From an uncultured Candidatus Saccharibacteria bacterium (lineage in GTDB: Bacteria > Patescibacteriota > Dojkabacteria > J137), in the NCBI GenBank assembly GCA_964607415.1, contig CAZSKK010000001.1:132190-196189 (forward strand): 64,000 nt of DNA, written 5' to 3'. Position numbers and translations under genes: made by a program. Below the pieces are notes generated by a model. The model saw nothing but the letters and a program-made list of their open reading frames with translations. It was not told the DNA's origin and did not search any database. Numbering within the stretch: the stretch's first letter is position 1; each line of letters opens with the position of its first letter. Shown piece after piece: positions 37,491 to 47,785 of the stretch.

Positions 37491-38918
37491 TTATCTTATC
37501 ATATTCTCAACTGCTTTTAGTGCTTCAAGTGCCCAAGGCTTAACATTACCATTGTCAACTAAACCAAATGGAGATTGAATTCTTGCAAGCTCTTCATGTA
37601 GATTTTTAATTGTTCCGTTCGCCTGAACCAATAGTACTACACCAGCATCAGTTATATCATTTAGTAAATAGCCATCTTTTTGTTTTATAAATGGTTTATC
37701 TTTTTCTTCATCTAGATAAATTACACCATCTAAAGCATCTTCTCTTCTTTGGGTTTCAAAGTCCTTTGCGCTATTATCTCCTTGCAGTCTATAAATTCCG
37801 GACTGTGCATTTGTACTGATTTTAACATTATCTAATTTCGCTCTTAAAAAAACTTGTGCACCATCCATAAATTTAAGCTCACCTTCTGGTTTTATATCAA
37901 GTGTTATATCTAACCAGTTTGCAAGATTAATTAAAGCCTGAGGAACAATGTCGTGTTTAAGTTCTAGCTGGGTTTGCAATGGAACATTTGCTGTTTGTCT
38001 AGCGTTAATTTCTAAAACATAAATTTTCTCGTCACTTACTATGAAGTCAATTCCAAAAATACCTTTGTAGCCTTCAAATTGTATAGCTGCACCCAGTTTT
38101 TGCATTGTTTTTAAAATCTCTTTTTGAGTTTTTTTAGGAAGAATTTTTGCATGGCTCCAATCATTCCCAACCGTTGTTCCAAGGCTAGCCGCTAGCTGAG
38201 CAACTCCAGTGATTTGATATTGAGGGGCTGAAACAAATGTGCCATTGTCCGTTACGCAACCATTTATAGTATATACATCGCCTTTTACAAATTTTGTGAT
38301 TTTAACGATGTTCCCGTTAAATTTTGACTTTATATAATCAAAAGTTTCTTGGGAATCTATAATAAAAGTTCCTCCGCCTGTATGAGACTTTTCTAACTGG
38401 ATAACAAATTTGTCGTAGTCATTTTTTAAGGAACTATAATTTTCAGTAGAAAGGTTTGTTATTCTTCCTGTTGGTACAGGAATTTCAGCTTTTCTTAAAA
38501 ATTCATATTGCGAAATTTTATTTTCATATTTTTTTGAAAGTAAATAGGAAGAGTTAAATTGGATACCGTTCAATTTTTTAATTTCATTTTCGATTGGACC
38601 TGAATTTTGAAAAACTTGAGCATAAAACCCACTTTTTCCTATTATGTTGATTTCATTTTGAATTTGTTCGTTTCTAAGCAAATCAATAGTTGATTTTGAT
38701 TTAAGCTCAATGTTCTTATTATCAGTACAATAAATGTTTAGCTCTTTTTTTTCTATTTGATTTACTATGTAGTGATTCTCAACGCAAAAGATATGATAGT
38801 TCTGCAAATAATCTTCAAGCCCAATCGCTCGTTCTACCTCGCGTGAGAAGTATACTAGGGGCTTTTCTGTTAGTTTAATGTTTATCCGGTTTATTAAGTT
38901 TTCGGTTAGCTTGTTCAT
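37491..38918 (-). CDS. ATP-grasp family ligase with N- and C-terminal extensions
   Basis: IYVLEINARQTANVP (ExN ATP-grasp motif). FVIQLEKSHTGGGTFII and GIDFIV are consistent with the ATP-grasp central/C domains. Confidence 0.55.
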   Translation of the reverse strand: MNKLTENLINRINIKLTEKPLVYFSREVERAIGLEDYLQNYHIFCVENHYIVNQIEKKELNIYCTDNKNIELKSKSTIDLLRNEQIQNEINIIGKSGFYAQVFQNSGPIENEIKKLNGIQFNSSYLLSKKYENKISQYEFLRKAEIPVPTGRITNLSTENYSSLKNDYDKFVIQLEKSHTGGGTFIIDSQETFDYIKSKFNGNIVKITKFVKGDVYTINGCVTDNGTFVSAPQYQITGVAQLAASLGTTVGNDWSHAKILPKKTQKEILKTMQKLGAAIQFEGYKGIFGIDFIVSDEKIYVLEINARQTANVPLQTQLELKHDIVPQALINLANWLDITLDIKPEGELKFMDGAQVFLRAKLDNVKISTNAQSGIYRLQGDNSAKDFETQRREDALDGVIYLDEEKDKPFIKQKDGYLLNDITDAGVVLLVQANGTIKNLHEELARIQSPFGLVDNGNVKPWALEALKAVENMIR

Positions 38919-39053
38919 AGATTAGCAAATAGCGTATAGCAGATAGCACATAGCACATAGCGATTAATTATTAAGAGCAGATTAAGTTAATTTGTTAATT
39001 GGTGGGCAGTTAATTAATATTAATAACGAATTAACTGTTGATTAGTTAACCAA

Positions 39054-39569
39054 TTAACCATTTTTAATTCTATAAATATAAAAATTATCAACCTTTTCGT
39101 CCTCTTTAACACCAGGGATAGTAAAAGTGTTGCTTACAATTACACTTCCAGGCTTCATTTCTGAAAATAGCTTATTTTTAAGTTTACCCATAACTGTTGG
39201 AAATAGATACATATAAACAATATCGTAATCGTTAAAATTGTGATTATAAAAGTTCTTATTAATTATTTTCCCCTTATGTCTTGAAAATATTATCTTGATT
39301 CTACTTACAATGCTATAAAAAGGGTTTATTTCTATGCCTTCAGCTGCGTAACCGTTTTTAGAAGCCCAAAGAACCATTTTTCCATCACCCGAGCCTAAAT
39401 CTATAAATTTCCCTTTTTTTGGTAAGTGCTGCTTTAAATCTGCAAATGCTTTGTTAAACTTTTTGCTTGAGGTTGGGTAATAAGGAGCACTAAAAACACC
39501 TGTCCCAACAAGATACACAAAAAATAATAACAGTAAACTTTCACAAAGTAGAACGATGTAGTAATTCAT
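39054..39569 (-). CDS. Small class I SAM-dependent methyltransferase, N-terminally membrane anchored
   Basis: FIDLGSGDGKMVL matches motif I. N-terminal hydrophobic helix. Confidence 0.55.
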   Translation of the reverse strand: MNYYIVLLCESLLLLFFVYLVGTGVFSAPYYPTSSKKFNKAFADLKQHLPKKGKFIDLGSGDGKMVLWASKNGYAAEGIEINPFYSIVSRIKIIFSRHKGKIINKNFYNHNFNDYDIVYMYLFPTVMGKLKNKLFSEMKPGSVIVSNTFTIPGVKEDEKVDNFYIYRIKNG

Positions 39570-39654
39570 AGGTTACGTTTAAAAGTTATAAAGTTTTAAA
39601 GTATAAAAAAGTTGTAACGTTCTAACATTAAAACCTTTCAACGTTCCAACTGTT

Positions 39655-40620
39655 TCATCTTCCGCTTGCAATACAAACCGCGGTTTTTATATTCATGCCT
39701 TGATTCTTTAATCTTAATAAAGCTGCAGTGCTAAGTAAAGATGTATAAGATAATCCGCTGCTTCGAACATCTAGCTTTGAGCCTATAAATTCTTTAGCAG
39801 ATTCTAGCTCTTTATTTGTAATTGCCAGAGCTTTGCCATCAGTTTCGTTTACTATCTTCAATATCTGAGGAGATCTTAAAACTGTTTTTTCAATTATTGC
39901 GTCTGCAAGATTTGATTCTTCGGAAGTTACATTTTCTCCTAACATATCTGCAACAGGATGAATTTTACTAGTTTGACAAACAATTATCTTAGGCAGGCCA
40001 TAATCATCATTTAACCTCATGCCAAGTCCTTGTACCAAGCCTACCAACGCGGTTCCTGAAGAAACAGGGACGAATAAATATGTTTCTTTTAATTCTTTTG
40101 AGGAATAGTTTTTAATCAAGGATGCAATCTCAAAACCTAATGTCCAGTAGGCCTTTATGATTTCAGAATCGGTGGAAGCACTTAGGTTATACGAGCCAGT
40201 TTTTGAAATAATCTCAGCTCTTTTTTGTTTAGGAATAGCACTTTCGTAAATTTCTAAATTAATTTGTTTTTTTAAGTCTATTAATATTTCTAACTTTTCG
40301 GGATTTATTGATTTATTAGAGATTACAACATGCAACTTAAAATCCAGGTTAAGTTTATGAATAAAACTTGCAAAGCTGATAGCTGCATTCCCTGATGAAG
40401 ATATTACTGCTTGTTTCACGCCAAGATCTGCAAGCTGGGACAATTTAAAAGCTGTGGCCCTATCTTTCCAAGAACCTGTAGGATTTAAATCTTCCCTTTT
40501 TATCAGAAGTCGTGTTGATCCAAGTTTAATTTCATCAGTGCTTGTATCGCCTTCCGAGAGTGAATAATTTATATTAAAGTTTGTATACTGTTTTAGTTCT
40601 TTATATTTCCAAATACTCAC
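39655..40620 (-). CDS. PLP-dependent fold-type II enzyme (threonine synthase / threonine dehydratase-like)
   Basis: NPTGSWKDRATAF matches the PLP-lysine motif NPTGSFKDRG of the Trp-synthase-beta superfamily. Confidence 0.55.
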   Translation of the reverse strand: MSIWKYKELKQYTNFNINYSLSEGDTSTDEIKLGSTRLLIKREDLNPTGSWKDRATAFKLSQLADLGVKQAVISSSGNAAISFASFIHKLNLDFKLHVVISNKSINPEKLEILIDLKKQINLEIYESAIPKQKRAEIISKTGSYNLSASTDSEIIKAYWTLGFEIASLIKNYSSKELKETYLFVPVSSGTALVGLVQGLGMRLNDDYGLPKIIVCQTSKIHPVADMLGENVTSEESNLADAIIEKTVLRSPQILKIVNETDGKALAITNKELESAKEFIGSKLDVRSSGLSYTSLLSTAALLRLKNQGMNIKTAVCIASGR

Positions 40621-40736
40621 AGCGTTGTATGGTTGTAAAGTTATAATGTTTTAACGTTGTAACTTTTTAACATTTAAACTTTCTAACGTTATTCATTAAA
40701 TGATAAAATATCTTATATAGATTTTAACTTAAACTC

Positions 40737-40979
40737 ATGAAAGATAAAATAAAAGTAACAGATGGATTATTTATTTGTGCAGAATGCGAGAATGAAGTTA
40801 AGCCATTAACTAATTCTGTCGAAGGTATTGTCGAGGCTGATATTGAGACAATAAAAAAAGATTTAAAAGATTTCCCAACAAAAGTTATTTACGGAATTTG
40901 TCCGGTTTGTGGTATGGAATATGTGTTTGAACTTGAAGGGGAAGATTTGTGGTTAGTACCTAGTGAGGAGGAAAAGTAA
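40737..40979 (+). CDS. Small zinc-ribbon protein
   Basis: Two CxxC pairs (CAECENE .. CPVCGME) in 80 aa. Confidence 0.4.
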   Translation: MKDKIKVTDGLFICAECENEVKPLTNSVEGIVEADIETIKKDLKDFPTKVIYGICPVCGMEYVFELEGEDLWLVPSEEEK

Positions 40980-41580
40980 CATATTCGTAACATATATGTT
41001 TTTCGGAATGTGAATTTTTAAAGAAAATTTCTTTATTTTCAGATGATATTGATTGAGGATATAAATTGTGGATATTTCGTTCTTTATATTTATTTACCCT
41101 AAGTGTTTTCACAGGTTGACATTTGTTTCACAAAAATCTTCGAAATCTGCTGCCAATAAGTGTTCCCGTTTGTCAGATTATAATGTCTATGCTAATATAT
41201 TCTTAGCACGTTAGATGTAAGCAGGCAACTTTAACAGAATAATTTTAGGTTAAGCGAGGCAACTTATCCGTGGATATTTTGCAAGAGCTTACAAACTCTT
41301 CTTAGAGAGCATACCTGGAATAAATCTAACGTGCTGCTATAAAATCTTCATTTGCAAAACTACCTCTTTCTCAATCATAATGACCATTTCGGACTTAGTC
41401 CGAGATGCGCCCTGTAGAAAATTCCGAATAAAGAATTAACAATAACGAATTAATCACCAGTGGCAATAATAAAAATTAGAACTTTTTATTGAAATTTAAT
41501 TCGATGTTCGTTATTAGGCATTCGTGATTTAACAAGTTAAAAATTGAAAAATTTCGATTTTAAGCGCTATAATAAGTTGG

Positions 41581-41730
41581 AGCTGGTGGCTCAAAAGAAA
41601 CTCTGACTCTTATGATTTAGGTCCAGCGAAGTGTTGGTCTGTGGGCCAAATAACCTAGCTGGCATTCTGGAAGAAATTCTAGAAATTGTTTGGAGAGATG
41701 TTTTCTCTCATCCATCAGCTCCACCAAAGC
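41581..41730 (+). ncRNA. Candidate tRNA-like / structured small RNA ending in ACCA
   Basis: 5-prime GGAGCUGGUG pairs with 3-prime CAUCAGCUCC (10 bp, one G-U), followed by ACCA. Preceded by a T-arm-like hairpin GAGAG-AUGUUUU-CUCUC. Lies in a 600-bp ORF-free region. No tmRNA tag frame, no canonical D/anticodon arms. Confidence 0.2.
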
Positions 41731-41806
41731 TAAAAATATACTACAAATTTAAAATTAAAAACAAAGCAAAAAAGGCTGAAAGCAATGGTAGTTTGAAGCT
41801 CAAAAA

Positions 41807-41877
41807 GCGAGGTTAGTACAGTGGTAGTACACGTGCTTCCCAAGCACGGAACGCGAGTTCGAACCTCGTACCTCGCT
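41807..41877 (+). tRNA. tRNA-Gly (anticodon CCC)
   Basis: GCGAGGTTAGTACAGTGGTAGTACACGTGCTTCCCAAGCACGGAACGCGAGTTCGAACCTCGTACCTCGCT plus T. Anticodon loop TTCCCAA, T-loop TTCGAAC. Flanks GCTCAAAAA / TTTTTGAGC extend the acceptor stem to 15 bp. Confidence 0.8.
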
Positions 41878-41894
41878 TTTTGAGCTTTTAATTA

Positions 41895-42257
41895 ATGAAA
41901 CAAGAAAACCAACGAATCTATAAAATGACATTTTCCAGCGTTTATCCGCATTATATTGCTAAGGCGGAAAGAAAAGGCCGTACAAAAGATGAAGTGGATC
42001 AAATAATCTGCTGGCTGACCGGTTATAGTCTTGCACAGCTGGATTCTCAAATAAAAAATCAGGTTCTTTTTGAAACTTTCTTTAAAGAGGCTCCCAAAAT
42101 GAACCCGTCACGTTCTTTAATCACTGGAGTTATTTGTGGCGTAAGAGTTGAAGAAATACAAGATCCGCTAATGAAAGAAATTAGATACCTCGATAAGTTA
42201 ATTGACGAACTTGCAAAAGGTAAAGAGATGGAAAAGATTTTAAGAAAGTTAGGTTAA
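41895..42257 (+). CDS. Conserved hypothetical protein (DUF2200-like)
   Basis: [34 protein letters not shown] resembles the DUF2200 family as remembered. Low certainty. Confidence 0.3.
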   Translation: MKQENQRIYKMTFSSVYPHYIAKAERKGRTKDEVDQIICWLTGYSLAQLDSQIKNQVLFETFFKEAPKMNPSRSLITGVICGVRVEEIQDPLMKEIRYLDKLIDELAKGKEMEKILRKLG

Positions 42258-43204
42258 GATGGAATATTGATAACAAAATCAAGCTCGCTGTTATGCAATT
42301 TTTTTATGTAGTATATTATTCTTTTTTGCATTATATCTATTAAGGTATTACCTTCAAATTGCTCACAAAGAATGTTGTAAATAGGACTATTTTGTAGATA
42401 GTATGAATTTCTGACATGATGATTTAATGCATAATTTCCTGTGCACCCAACCTCATTATAGGCACCTCCTATATACTCTCTTTGAATTATATTTTTAATT
42501 TCTACAGTAATATTGCCGTTTGAATCTGTAAATTGAGGAATGTATCCACGAACTAAAGCTTTTGCTTCAAGCATACCAAATTTGAGCTTTGATGCAATTT
42601 TTTTTGTTATAGATTTATCTACAAAACTCTGACATGTTTGTATAATGTCACCTTCCCAGTGAAAAATACAATGGGATAGTAATGCATAAGTTATAAGTTC
42701 AAATCCTCCAAAAATTGTACTAAAAGGTGCTCCAGCACTCAAAAAGGTATAGTCTTTAAGTAGTGGTAGTAATTTAACTGAAAATGTTTTATGATAATCT
42801 TCGCTGTATTCACTTAAAAATTCGAGGTAACCAGCACAGGCATAAATCATTGAATTTAAGAGAAGGTTTGTAGAGTGAGAGTCTAAATTTATTCCTGGTA
42901 GAATGAATCGAATTGGAACTAATGATTCTGAGCCAAAACTTCCTACAGAACTTGGCATTTTTGTGTAAAATAACAGACCAGATGATGCTTCTATAGATTG
43001 GACATTTTCATCTTCGACCCAACTATCACCTTCGAAAACCATTACGTTGCTTCTTTCCTTTATGTAGTCTATGCGTTTTACATAATGCGCAAGCTCCGAT
43101 GGATCTTCAGGTATATAGCTGATACCATCGAAATAAATTTTGAAAAATGATGCAACTAAGTCAACATGCGAATTCTCATCATGTGAGGGACATAAGTTTT
43201 TCAT
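42254..43204 (-). CDS. Hypothetical protein
   Basis: ORF only; 4-bp overlap with the upstream gene. Confidence 0.3.
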   Translation of the reverse strand: MKNLCPSHDENSHVDLVASFFKIYFDGISYIPEDPSELAHYVKRIDYIKERSNVMVFEGDSWVEDENVQSIEASSGLLFYTKMPSSVGSFGSESLVPIRFILPGINLDSHSTNLLLNSMIYACAGYLEFLSEYSEDYHKTFSVKLLPLLKDYTFLSAGAPFSTIFGGFELITYALLSHCIFHWEGDIIQTCQSFVDKSITKKIASKLKFGMLEAKALVRGYIPQFTDSNGNITVEIKNIIQREYIGGAYNEVGCTGNYALNHHVRNSYYLQNSPIYNILCEQFEGNTLIDIMQKRIIYYIKKLHNSELDFVINIPS

Positions 43205-43306
43205 GCTGAATTATAACCGCAAGCAGTAGAGATAATCAATATCGAATATATAGTCTATTTTAGAGAAGATTTTTATAAACAATTATTCTGTGACTTGAGC
43301 AAAAGC

Positions 43307-43978
43307 TCAGATCTTCAAATGGTCGTACTTTACTACTAATCTAAATATAATCGCTGCTCCAAAGATTGCCAGGGCACACATAATTGATGCTAAATATCCA
43401 GTGTTCCAGTCAAAAATTCTAACCAGAAAATACGAGGTTGGGAAGAACGAAACGTATGCAAAGAATAAGTGTAATAAAGCGGGCCTCTTTTTCTCAAATT
43501 TATCTGGAAGGGCAAATAATCCAGCCAAAGTCATTGCATACAAAAGACTAAAGGCATAGTAAATTGCCCAAGCATCTGCAAAATCATTATGCCAGCTTTC
43601 TTCCTGTGTAACTGCATACTTTGCAAAACAATAACATTCGTCTGTATTTTCAAAAATATTTGGTTTTATAACAACAGTTAGAGCAAAAAATAAACCAACA
43701 ACTTGAAATAGAATGTAGCCAAGCTTTTTATTCATTACTTTTTGTAAAAAGAAAATTCCAAGTGGAGGCAATAGTGTTGTTGAAAAAAAGGAAAGATTAA
43801 CGCTAAATTTATCATATTTTGTGCTAAATAAAATAAATTCACCAAGTTGATAGGTTCCAAGCAAAACAAAAAAAACTGCAGCAAGCTTTGGATAAAATTT
43901 CCCATATTTTAAAGACAATCCCGCAAATGTATATTCGATAAGAGCAGTAATTAGTGGGCGAAGAATAAAAATATCCAT
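43307..43978 (-). CDS. Polytopic membrane protein (hypothetical)
   Basis: 6-7 hydrophobic helices. Confidence 0.35.
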   Translation of the reverse strand: MDIFILRPLITALIEYTFAGLSLKYGKFYPKLAAVFFVLLGTYQLGEFILFSTKYDKFSVNLSFFSTTLLPPLGIFFLQKVMNKKLGYILFQVVGLFFALTVVIKPNIFENTDECYCFAKYAVTQEESWHNDFADAWAIYYAFSLLYAMTLAGLFALPDKFEKKRPALLHLFFAYVSFFPTSYFLVRIFDWNTGYLASIMCALAIFGAAIIFRLVVKYDHLKI

Positions 43979-44063
43979 AAGAATAAGATTAATGGTTATA
44001 ACTTCTTATGCAAATTTAATGATAAGCTTTTAAATTGTACACCAACAAAGTGTTTGTTGTAAG

Positions 44064-44666
44064 ATGTTAGAGTTACGCAATTTTTTATTGAAAATGAAAA
44101 CGCTTGATAAGGCATTTTATAATAGATCAGCCGAAGTAGTTGCAACTAAATTGTTAGGCAAAATACTTACTAGAAGTCTAGATAATTCAATAATTTCAGG
44201 ACGAATTGTTGAAGTTGAAGCATACCTTCCATTTATTGATGAAGCAGCTCATTCTTTTAAAGGCAAGACAAAAAGGAATTTGTCTTTATTCAAATCCGCT
44301 GGTCATGCCTATATCCATTCAATTCACACACAAAATTGTTTAGACGTTGTAACGGACAAATTGGAAATTCCAGGAAGTGTTTTAATAAGAGCAATAGAGC
44401 CACTTGATGGAATAGAAAAAATGAAAGAATTTAGGAATAAAGAAAATCTTTTAGATTTAACTAGTGGGCCTGGGAAATTAACGAAAGCTCTAAATATAAC
44501 AAAGGAATTGGATGGGATTGATCTTACAAATAGCAAAGAGTTATGGATCTTGGACGATGGTTTCATTGTGAAAGATATTGTTTCTGGAGCAAGGATAGGA
44601 ATATCAAAGGCTAGGCATAAACAGTTAAGATTTTATATAAAAGGTAATGATTTTGTGTCGAGATAA
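44064..44666 (+). CDS. mpg: DNA-3-methyladenine glycosylase (Mpg/AAG family)
   Basis: GRIVEVEAYLPFIDEAAHSFKGKTKRNLSLFKSAGHAYIH matches the PF02245 core (RIVEVEAY..D.ASHS..G.T.RN..MF...GHAYVY). Confidence 0.7.
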   Translation: MLELRNFLLKMKTLDKAFYNRSAEVVATKLLGKILTRSLDNSIISGRIVEVEAYLPFIDEAAHSFKGKTKRNLSLFKSAGHAYIHSIHTQNCLDVVTDKLEIPGSVLIRAIEPLDGIEKMKEFRNKENLLDLTSGPGKLTKALNITKELDGIDLTNSKELWILDDGFIVKDIVSGARIGISKARHKQLRFYIKGNDFVSR

Positions 44667-44734
44667 TATGAAGCAACTTTTTATCTGGCTAATTAAGATA
44701 GATTATTTGGTAGCTAATTTTACTCATGAAAAAA

Positions 44735-45283
44735 TTAAGCTATACATTCTTTTAACACAAAAAGTCTTTTAAAGAAGGTAAAGTTTTTAGCAAGATCTTT
44801 CAGTGCATAATTTTCACTAAGTTCACAAATAACTTTGGATAAAGCCTTAACATTAATCTCTGCAAAAACTTTACCTTCTCCAGCATCTCGCAACACTCGG
44901 TACAATGGCTGGCTAGCTGGTAAATCTAAAGTTAAAAGTAAAAATTGGTTGCTTAAGTTTGCAAAAGTTTCCCAATAAAGTGTATCTGGAAGATATCGCT
45001 CGTTATTATTCCAAAACTTGCATAAAGCTTCAATTCCAGAAATCAACATTAGTGAATGTATAAATTTATCTTTATTATCAAGCCCATAAGGTGATTCTAG
45101 ATCATTTGGCATAAAGTGGAGTTCTTTTCTACTTTCGTAAATGCACACACAAAGCCCGGTGTTTCCAAAATCTATTATTTGAGTTTGGCGTACTTTCCAA
45201 TACGGATCAATTGAAAGAGTTGAATCAATTTGACAAACATCAGGGTAATCTGTTTTTATTTTTTCAACTAAATATTCAATCAT
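44735..45283 (-). CDS. Hypothetical protein, paralog of 45343..45900
   Basis: Shares FGNTG, HF(M/T)PN, HSLML(I/V)xG, (F/Y)WN, LPD(T/V)L and TFFKRL(F/S)V blocks with the adjacent gene. Confidence 0.4.
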   Translation of the reverse strand: MIEYLVEKIKTDYPDVCQIDSTLSIDPYWKVRQTQIIDFGNTGLCVCIYESRKELHFMPNDLESPYGLDNKDKFIHSLMLISGIEALCKFWNNNERYLPDTLYWETFANLSNQFLLLTLDLPASQPLYRVLRDAGEGKVFAEINVKALSKVICELSENYALKDLAKNFTFFKRLFVLKECIA

Positions 45284-45342
45284 GCTGAATTATACATCAA
45301 GATATTTCTTTGTGTCCACAAATATTGGCGACAATCAAATTG

Positions 45343-45900
45343 CTAAACCCAGCAGTTTTCTGATTTTGTAACACTTAGTCTTTTAAAAAACGTATAAGTA
45401 GTAACCAGGTATTCAAAATCATGATTTTTTTGCAACTCATTTAATATAAAAGCAAACGATGTAATATCGAACTTACCTTCAAATTTTCCAAAGTTAGCTG
45501 ATTTTTGAGCTGTGTACAATTCAATGCCATGGAGAGAAAAATCGCAAGTAAGATTTTTTAGTTGATTATGTAATCCTAAGTGTGTTTTAACTCCAAGTAC
45601 ATCTGGAAGTGGCTTAACTGTATTTTTGCTATTCCAATAGTTGGCTAAGGAATGTAAACCAGCTACCAGCATGAGTGAATGCCAAAATTTTACTGAAGGA
45701 GTTAATTCTAGATCACCAGTAAAGTTGTTTGGAGTGAAATGCAGTTCAGCAAAATTATCATTTAAATCAACCTTTACTCCTGTATTACCAAACTTGATCT
45801 CATAATATGAACCTCTACATTTCTCTTGAGGTTCAGAATAAATATTTGAAATTAGTGGGTACTTTTCTTGTATTCTTTGCGTCAGATTATCCACGAGCAA
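45343..45900 (-). CDS. Hypothetical protein, paralog of 44735..45283
   Basis: See paralog. Immediately downstream of the ABC exporter genes, same strand. Confidence 0.4.
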   Translation of the reverse strand: MLVDNLTQRIQEKYPLISNIYSEPQEKCRGSYYEIKFGNTGVKVDLNDNFAELHFTPNNFTGDLELTPSVKFWHSLMLVAGLHSLANYWNSKNTVKPLPDVLGVKTHLGLHNQLKNLTCDFSLHGIELYTAQKSANFGKFEGKFDITSFAFILNELQKNHDFEYLVTTYTFFKRLSVTKSENCWV

Positions 45901-45947
45901 TTATACAAATCTCGTAAGAAAATGTCTACAAAAAATGGCGTCAATTT

Positions 45948-47723
45948 CTAGCTACCTCTCTTGGAAGTGTATATTAGATCAAGCGCAGATTTAAAGTCAA
46001 GAGGTTTTTCAATAGATCCTCCAGAAATAAAGAAGATTTGATCAGCGTTTTCTATTGTATTAAGCCTATGTGCAATAATGACCTTTGTTGTTTGTTTTGG
46101 AAGTTGATCCAAAATGTGCTGTAAAAGTTCCTCGGTAACTGTATCAATATTTGCAGTTGCCTCATCTAAAATTAAAAGTTTTGGTTGTCTTAAAAGTACT
46201 CTAACAAAAGCAATAAGCTGCTTTTGTCCCAAGCTTATGTTCTCACTTCCTGGTTTAACTTCTGTTTTTAATCCCTCATTAAATTTTTCAATAAGTTTTT
46301 CTAAGCCCAATTCTTTAAGCTTTGTTTCTAGTTGCTTGTTATTAAATTTCGCAATTTCTTCGTTACCATACTTTATGTTGTCTGCTAATGTTCCAGTAAA
46401 TAAAAATGGCTCTTGTAAAATAAATCCAATATGTTTTGAAAGAGTTTCAAATTCATAAGATCTAATATCTTTGCCTTTAAAGAAAATTCTACCTTCAGTT
46501 GCATCATAAAGCCTTGCCATTAGGTTTGCTGTAGTACTTTTGCCTCCGCCTGTTGGTCCTACTAAAGCATAGGTTTTGCCTTCATCGAGGTCAATGTTAA
46601 TATCTTTTAGAATCATACTTTCCAGGTTATATCCAAAACTAACATTGTCAAACTTCATCAAAAGATCTTGGTGCTTTGTTTCTATTGAATCAATAATATT
46701 CAAATTACTTTCAAGGCTTAAAATCTTACTTATTCTTGACCAGCTTGCAATCGATGTTTGAAACTGAGAGAAAAGTTCAGCCATTTCTTTAAGAGGGTTA
46801 AAGAAAGAGTTACTATACAAAATGAAAGTTATTAATGCGCCAAACTCTGGTGCAGTGCCAGCATTAATTTTATCAAAAATTAAAATTTGTATACCAAATG
46901 CAATAATCAAAACACTTCCGATGGATCCTGCGTAATTATATATTGGAACTAAAAGACCGTTTGCAATACCAGCCCAGGTTGCAGCTTTTCGATTTTCATT
47001 GTTAACCTTTGCAAAAGATTCTTTAAAATAGTCTCTTCTATTAAATACAACTGTGACTTTAAAATTAGTTAAGCTTTCTTGAATTTCCGCCGACATTTCA
47101 CCTAGCTTTTGAAGGCTTTTAGCATTTCGCGCTTTTATCCAGCCTGAAAGTGAAAATGTAATTATAAGCATTGCTATAAGTGTACCTACTGCAATCAATC
47201 CTAATGTTACGTTTAAATAAACCATTACAGAACCAATCCCGGCAATTACAACTATATCACCAGTAAATCTTAGTAATGTTTCTGAAAACGCTTGATTAAG
47301 TTTCTCTGTGTCATTATTAATTCTTGAAATTAAATCTCCTGCTTTGTTTTCACTAAAAAATTGTAAAGGAAGGGCTTGAATCTTATTAAAAATTGCGTTT
47401 CTTACTCTAAACAATATATTTTGCCCTACCCTACCCATTATCAAAATCTGAAAATAGCTTGCAAAAGCACCAATTCCATAGATTAATGATAAAAACAAAA
47501 GTGAACTTAGTAAATTGTCTTTATCTTTGATTGGTATGTATTTATCAGTAATATCACCAATCAAGAATGGTGCATAAATTACAGTGGCTGAGTTTACTAG
47601 CAGAAAGCCAAATGCAATTATAAAGTTCAACCTAGAGCCTTTTATATAGTAATACAAAGCTTTCGCTGCTTTAAAAAAGCCTGATTTTTCTTTTGAGTTT
47701 TCGTCTAGGTTTAATTTATACAT
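45948..47723 (-). CDS. ABC exporter, fused permease-ATPase subunit (degenerate signature motif)
   Basis: 6-TM N-domain. GPTGGGKST Walker A, ISLGQKQ (degenerate LSGGQ), LLILDEATANID Walker B. Confidence 0.85.
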   Translation of the reverse strand: MYKLNLDENSKEKSGFFKAAKALYYYIKGSRLNFIIAFGFLLVNSATVIYAPFLIGDITDKYIPIKDKDNLLSSLLFLSLIYGIGAFASYFQILIMGRVGQNILFRVRNAIFNKIQALPLQFFSENKAGDLISRINNDTEKLNQAFSETLLRFTGDIVVIAGIGSVMVYLNVTLGLIAVGTLIAMLIITFSLSGWIKARNAKSLQKLGEMSAEIQESLTNFKVTVVFNRRDYFKESFAKVNNENRKAATWAGIANGLLVPIYNYAGSIGSVLIIAFGIQILIFDKINAGTAPEFGALITFILYSNSFFNPLKEMAELFSQFQTSIASWSRISKILSLESNLNIIDSIETKHQDLLMKFDNVSFGYNLESMILKDINIDLDEGKTYALVGPTGGGKSTTANLMARLYDATEGRIFFKGKDIRSYEFETLSKHIGFILQEPFLFTGTLADNIKYGNEEIAKFNNKQLETKLKELGLEKLIEKFNEGLKTEVKPGSENISLGQKQLIAFVRVLLRQPKLLILDEATANIDTVTEELLQHILDQLPKQTTKVIIAHRLNTIENADQIFFISGGSIEKPLDFKSALDLIYTSKRGS

Positions 47724-47785
47724 AATATGTTGAAATGTTAAAAAGTTGGAACGTTTTAACGTTAATACTTTACAACTTTATAACG

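Noticed and set aside
41581-41730. tmRNA (ssrA) interpretation of the ACCA-terminated tRNA-like element
   Set aside because: No GGGGCUG-type 5-prime end, no tag-peptide reading frame ending in a stop, and too short (150 nt) for pseudoknot domains. Kept only as a low-confidence structured-RNA candidate.
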